A DNA stretch of 64,000 nt from Lama guanicoe (Eukaryota): contig MU056262.1 in NCBI GenBank assembly GCA_013239625.1, positions 7,354,134-7,418,133 of the forward strand, in the 5' to 3' direction. Both the position numbers and the translations under genes were made by a program. A model generated the notes under the pieces. It saw only the letters and a list, made by a program, of their open reading frames with translations, was not told the origin of the DNA and made no database searches. Below are positions 63,180 to 64,000 of this stretch, one piece after another (the first letter of the stretch is position 1; each line of letters starts with the position of its first letter).

Positions 63180-63850
63180 ATGCAGACCCCTTCACTGCAA
63201 GTATGAAAATAGGCCCAGAGAGGTTAATATCTGCCTAGAAGTCACACAGCACTTAGTGGCTAATGCCTTGGAAGGGTGAACATATTTAGATCACGCCACA
63301 CGCCTACCCAAAACCCAGTGGCTTATGCTTCCCATTAAGATGAAGGGAGATTTCTCTGGCCTCCGAGGCCTTGGGTGATCTGGTTCCCTGCACTGTGCTC
63401 TTTGCTGGGGCTGCACCCCACCTTTTCATCATCCTCCCCTGGCATCTTGGCTTCTTCTCTGTTCTGTAGATTCACGAAGTCCTTTCCTGCCTCTGAGTTT
63501 GGGGACTTTCTACGTCTCCTTTCCAGAAGATGTGTTCTCCCTTGTGTTCCTCTCTCATCTCATCTCATTCCTCAGCAAGGTCTCCTGACGAAGCTGTCCA
63601 GAGTCCCTCCCCAGGAGCCTCTCTCTCATAACCCAGCTCACGTTCTTCCTCCACCTGCCTCCTGTTAGCTTCGCCCTTTGTTCCTCAGTCATCACGGCCC
63701 CTCCCACTGGAGGATTAGAAGCATCTGAGGGTGGAAACTGTATTCTGCTTTGCTGCTAGGTCCTGGTGTCTAACACGTGAAAGTTGTTCAGTATGTATTT
63801 GATTAACAGATTAATCAATAAACCAGTTAGACAATCAATGCATTCAATGA
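63180..63850. mobile_element. MIR (-, ~63180-63270) followed by L2 3' fragments (+)
   Basis: ggcccagagaggttaa…gtcacacagc; cccattaagatgaag…ggccttgggtgatctgg…tagaagcatctgaggg…tgtatttgattaac. Confidence 0.65.
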
Positions 63851-64000
63851 GTGTCTCTTATCTCAGTCATTAGGCACTGGGATGTGTGGAGATTAAATCT
63901 TTGGTGGACAGGCTGTCCGACATCTCTCCCCTGGATTCTGTGTGGGTCCTGCGACTCTTTGATTAATAGAAAAATGTCAGAAGTGGCCTGTGCCACTTTC

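Noticed and set aside
1-64000. CRISPR arrays, prokaryotic operons/defence systems, tRNA/rRNA genes, internal retroviral genes
   Set aside because: The sequence is mammalian and repeat-rich; no regularly spaced direct repeats, RNA-gene signatures or gag/pol/env ORFs seen, and the LTRs are dissimilar solo copies rather than a provirus pair.

Overview
Mammalian nuclear DNA, most likely camelid (alpaca/llama/camel). The basis is two young 5'-truncated L1 3' ends resembling camelid L1 families as I recall them, plus no visible Alu, B1/B2, Bov-A/BovB, CHR, PRE-1 or CAN-SINE. The window is moderately GC-rich, MIR/L2-dense and looks intronic or intergenic. I recognise no annotated protein-coding gene, tRNA, rRNA or CRISPR array. 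Nearly all ORF-track entries are chance ORFs or degraded transposon proteins (L1 ORF1/ORF2, Tc2/Kanga transposase, possibly CR1). Best-supported content: (i) L1 insertions with target-site duplications (TSDs); (ii) two well-bounded ERV1 solo LTRs, one MER41-like with decayed tandem GAS/STAT sites, plus a possible third; (iii) palindromic DNA-transposon MITEs (Tc1-type ~360 bp hairpin, MER53, MER91, MER58, MER20, MER5, MER104, MER112) and a Kanga/Tc2 element carrying an unexplained insert; (iv) MaLR/ERVL LTRs; (v) three short N runs. Speculative items are a phase-compatible minus-strand 2-3 exon model at 19.9-22.4 kb, a few isolated exon-like segments and several homeodomain-motif-rich repeat-free enhancer candidates. 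I found no convincing novel biological system. Repeat family names come from remembered consensus sequences and need RepeatMasker/Dfam confirmation.
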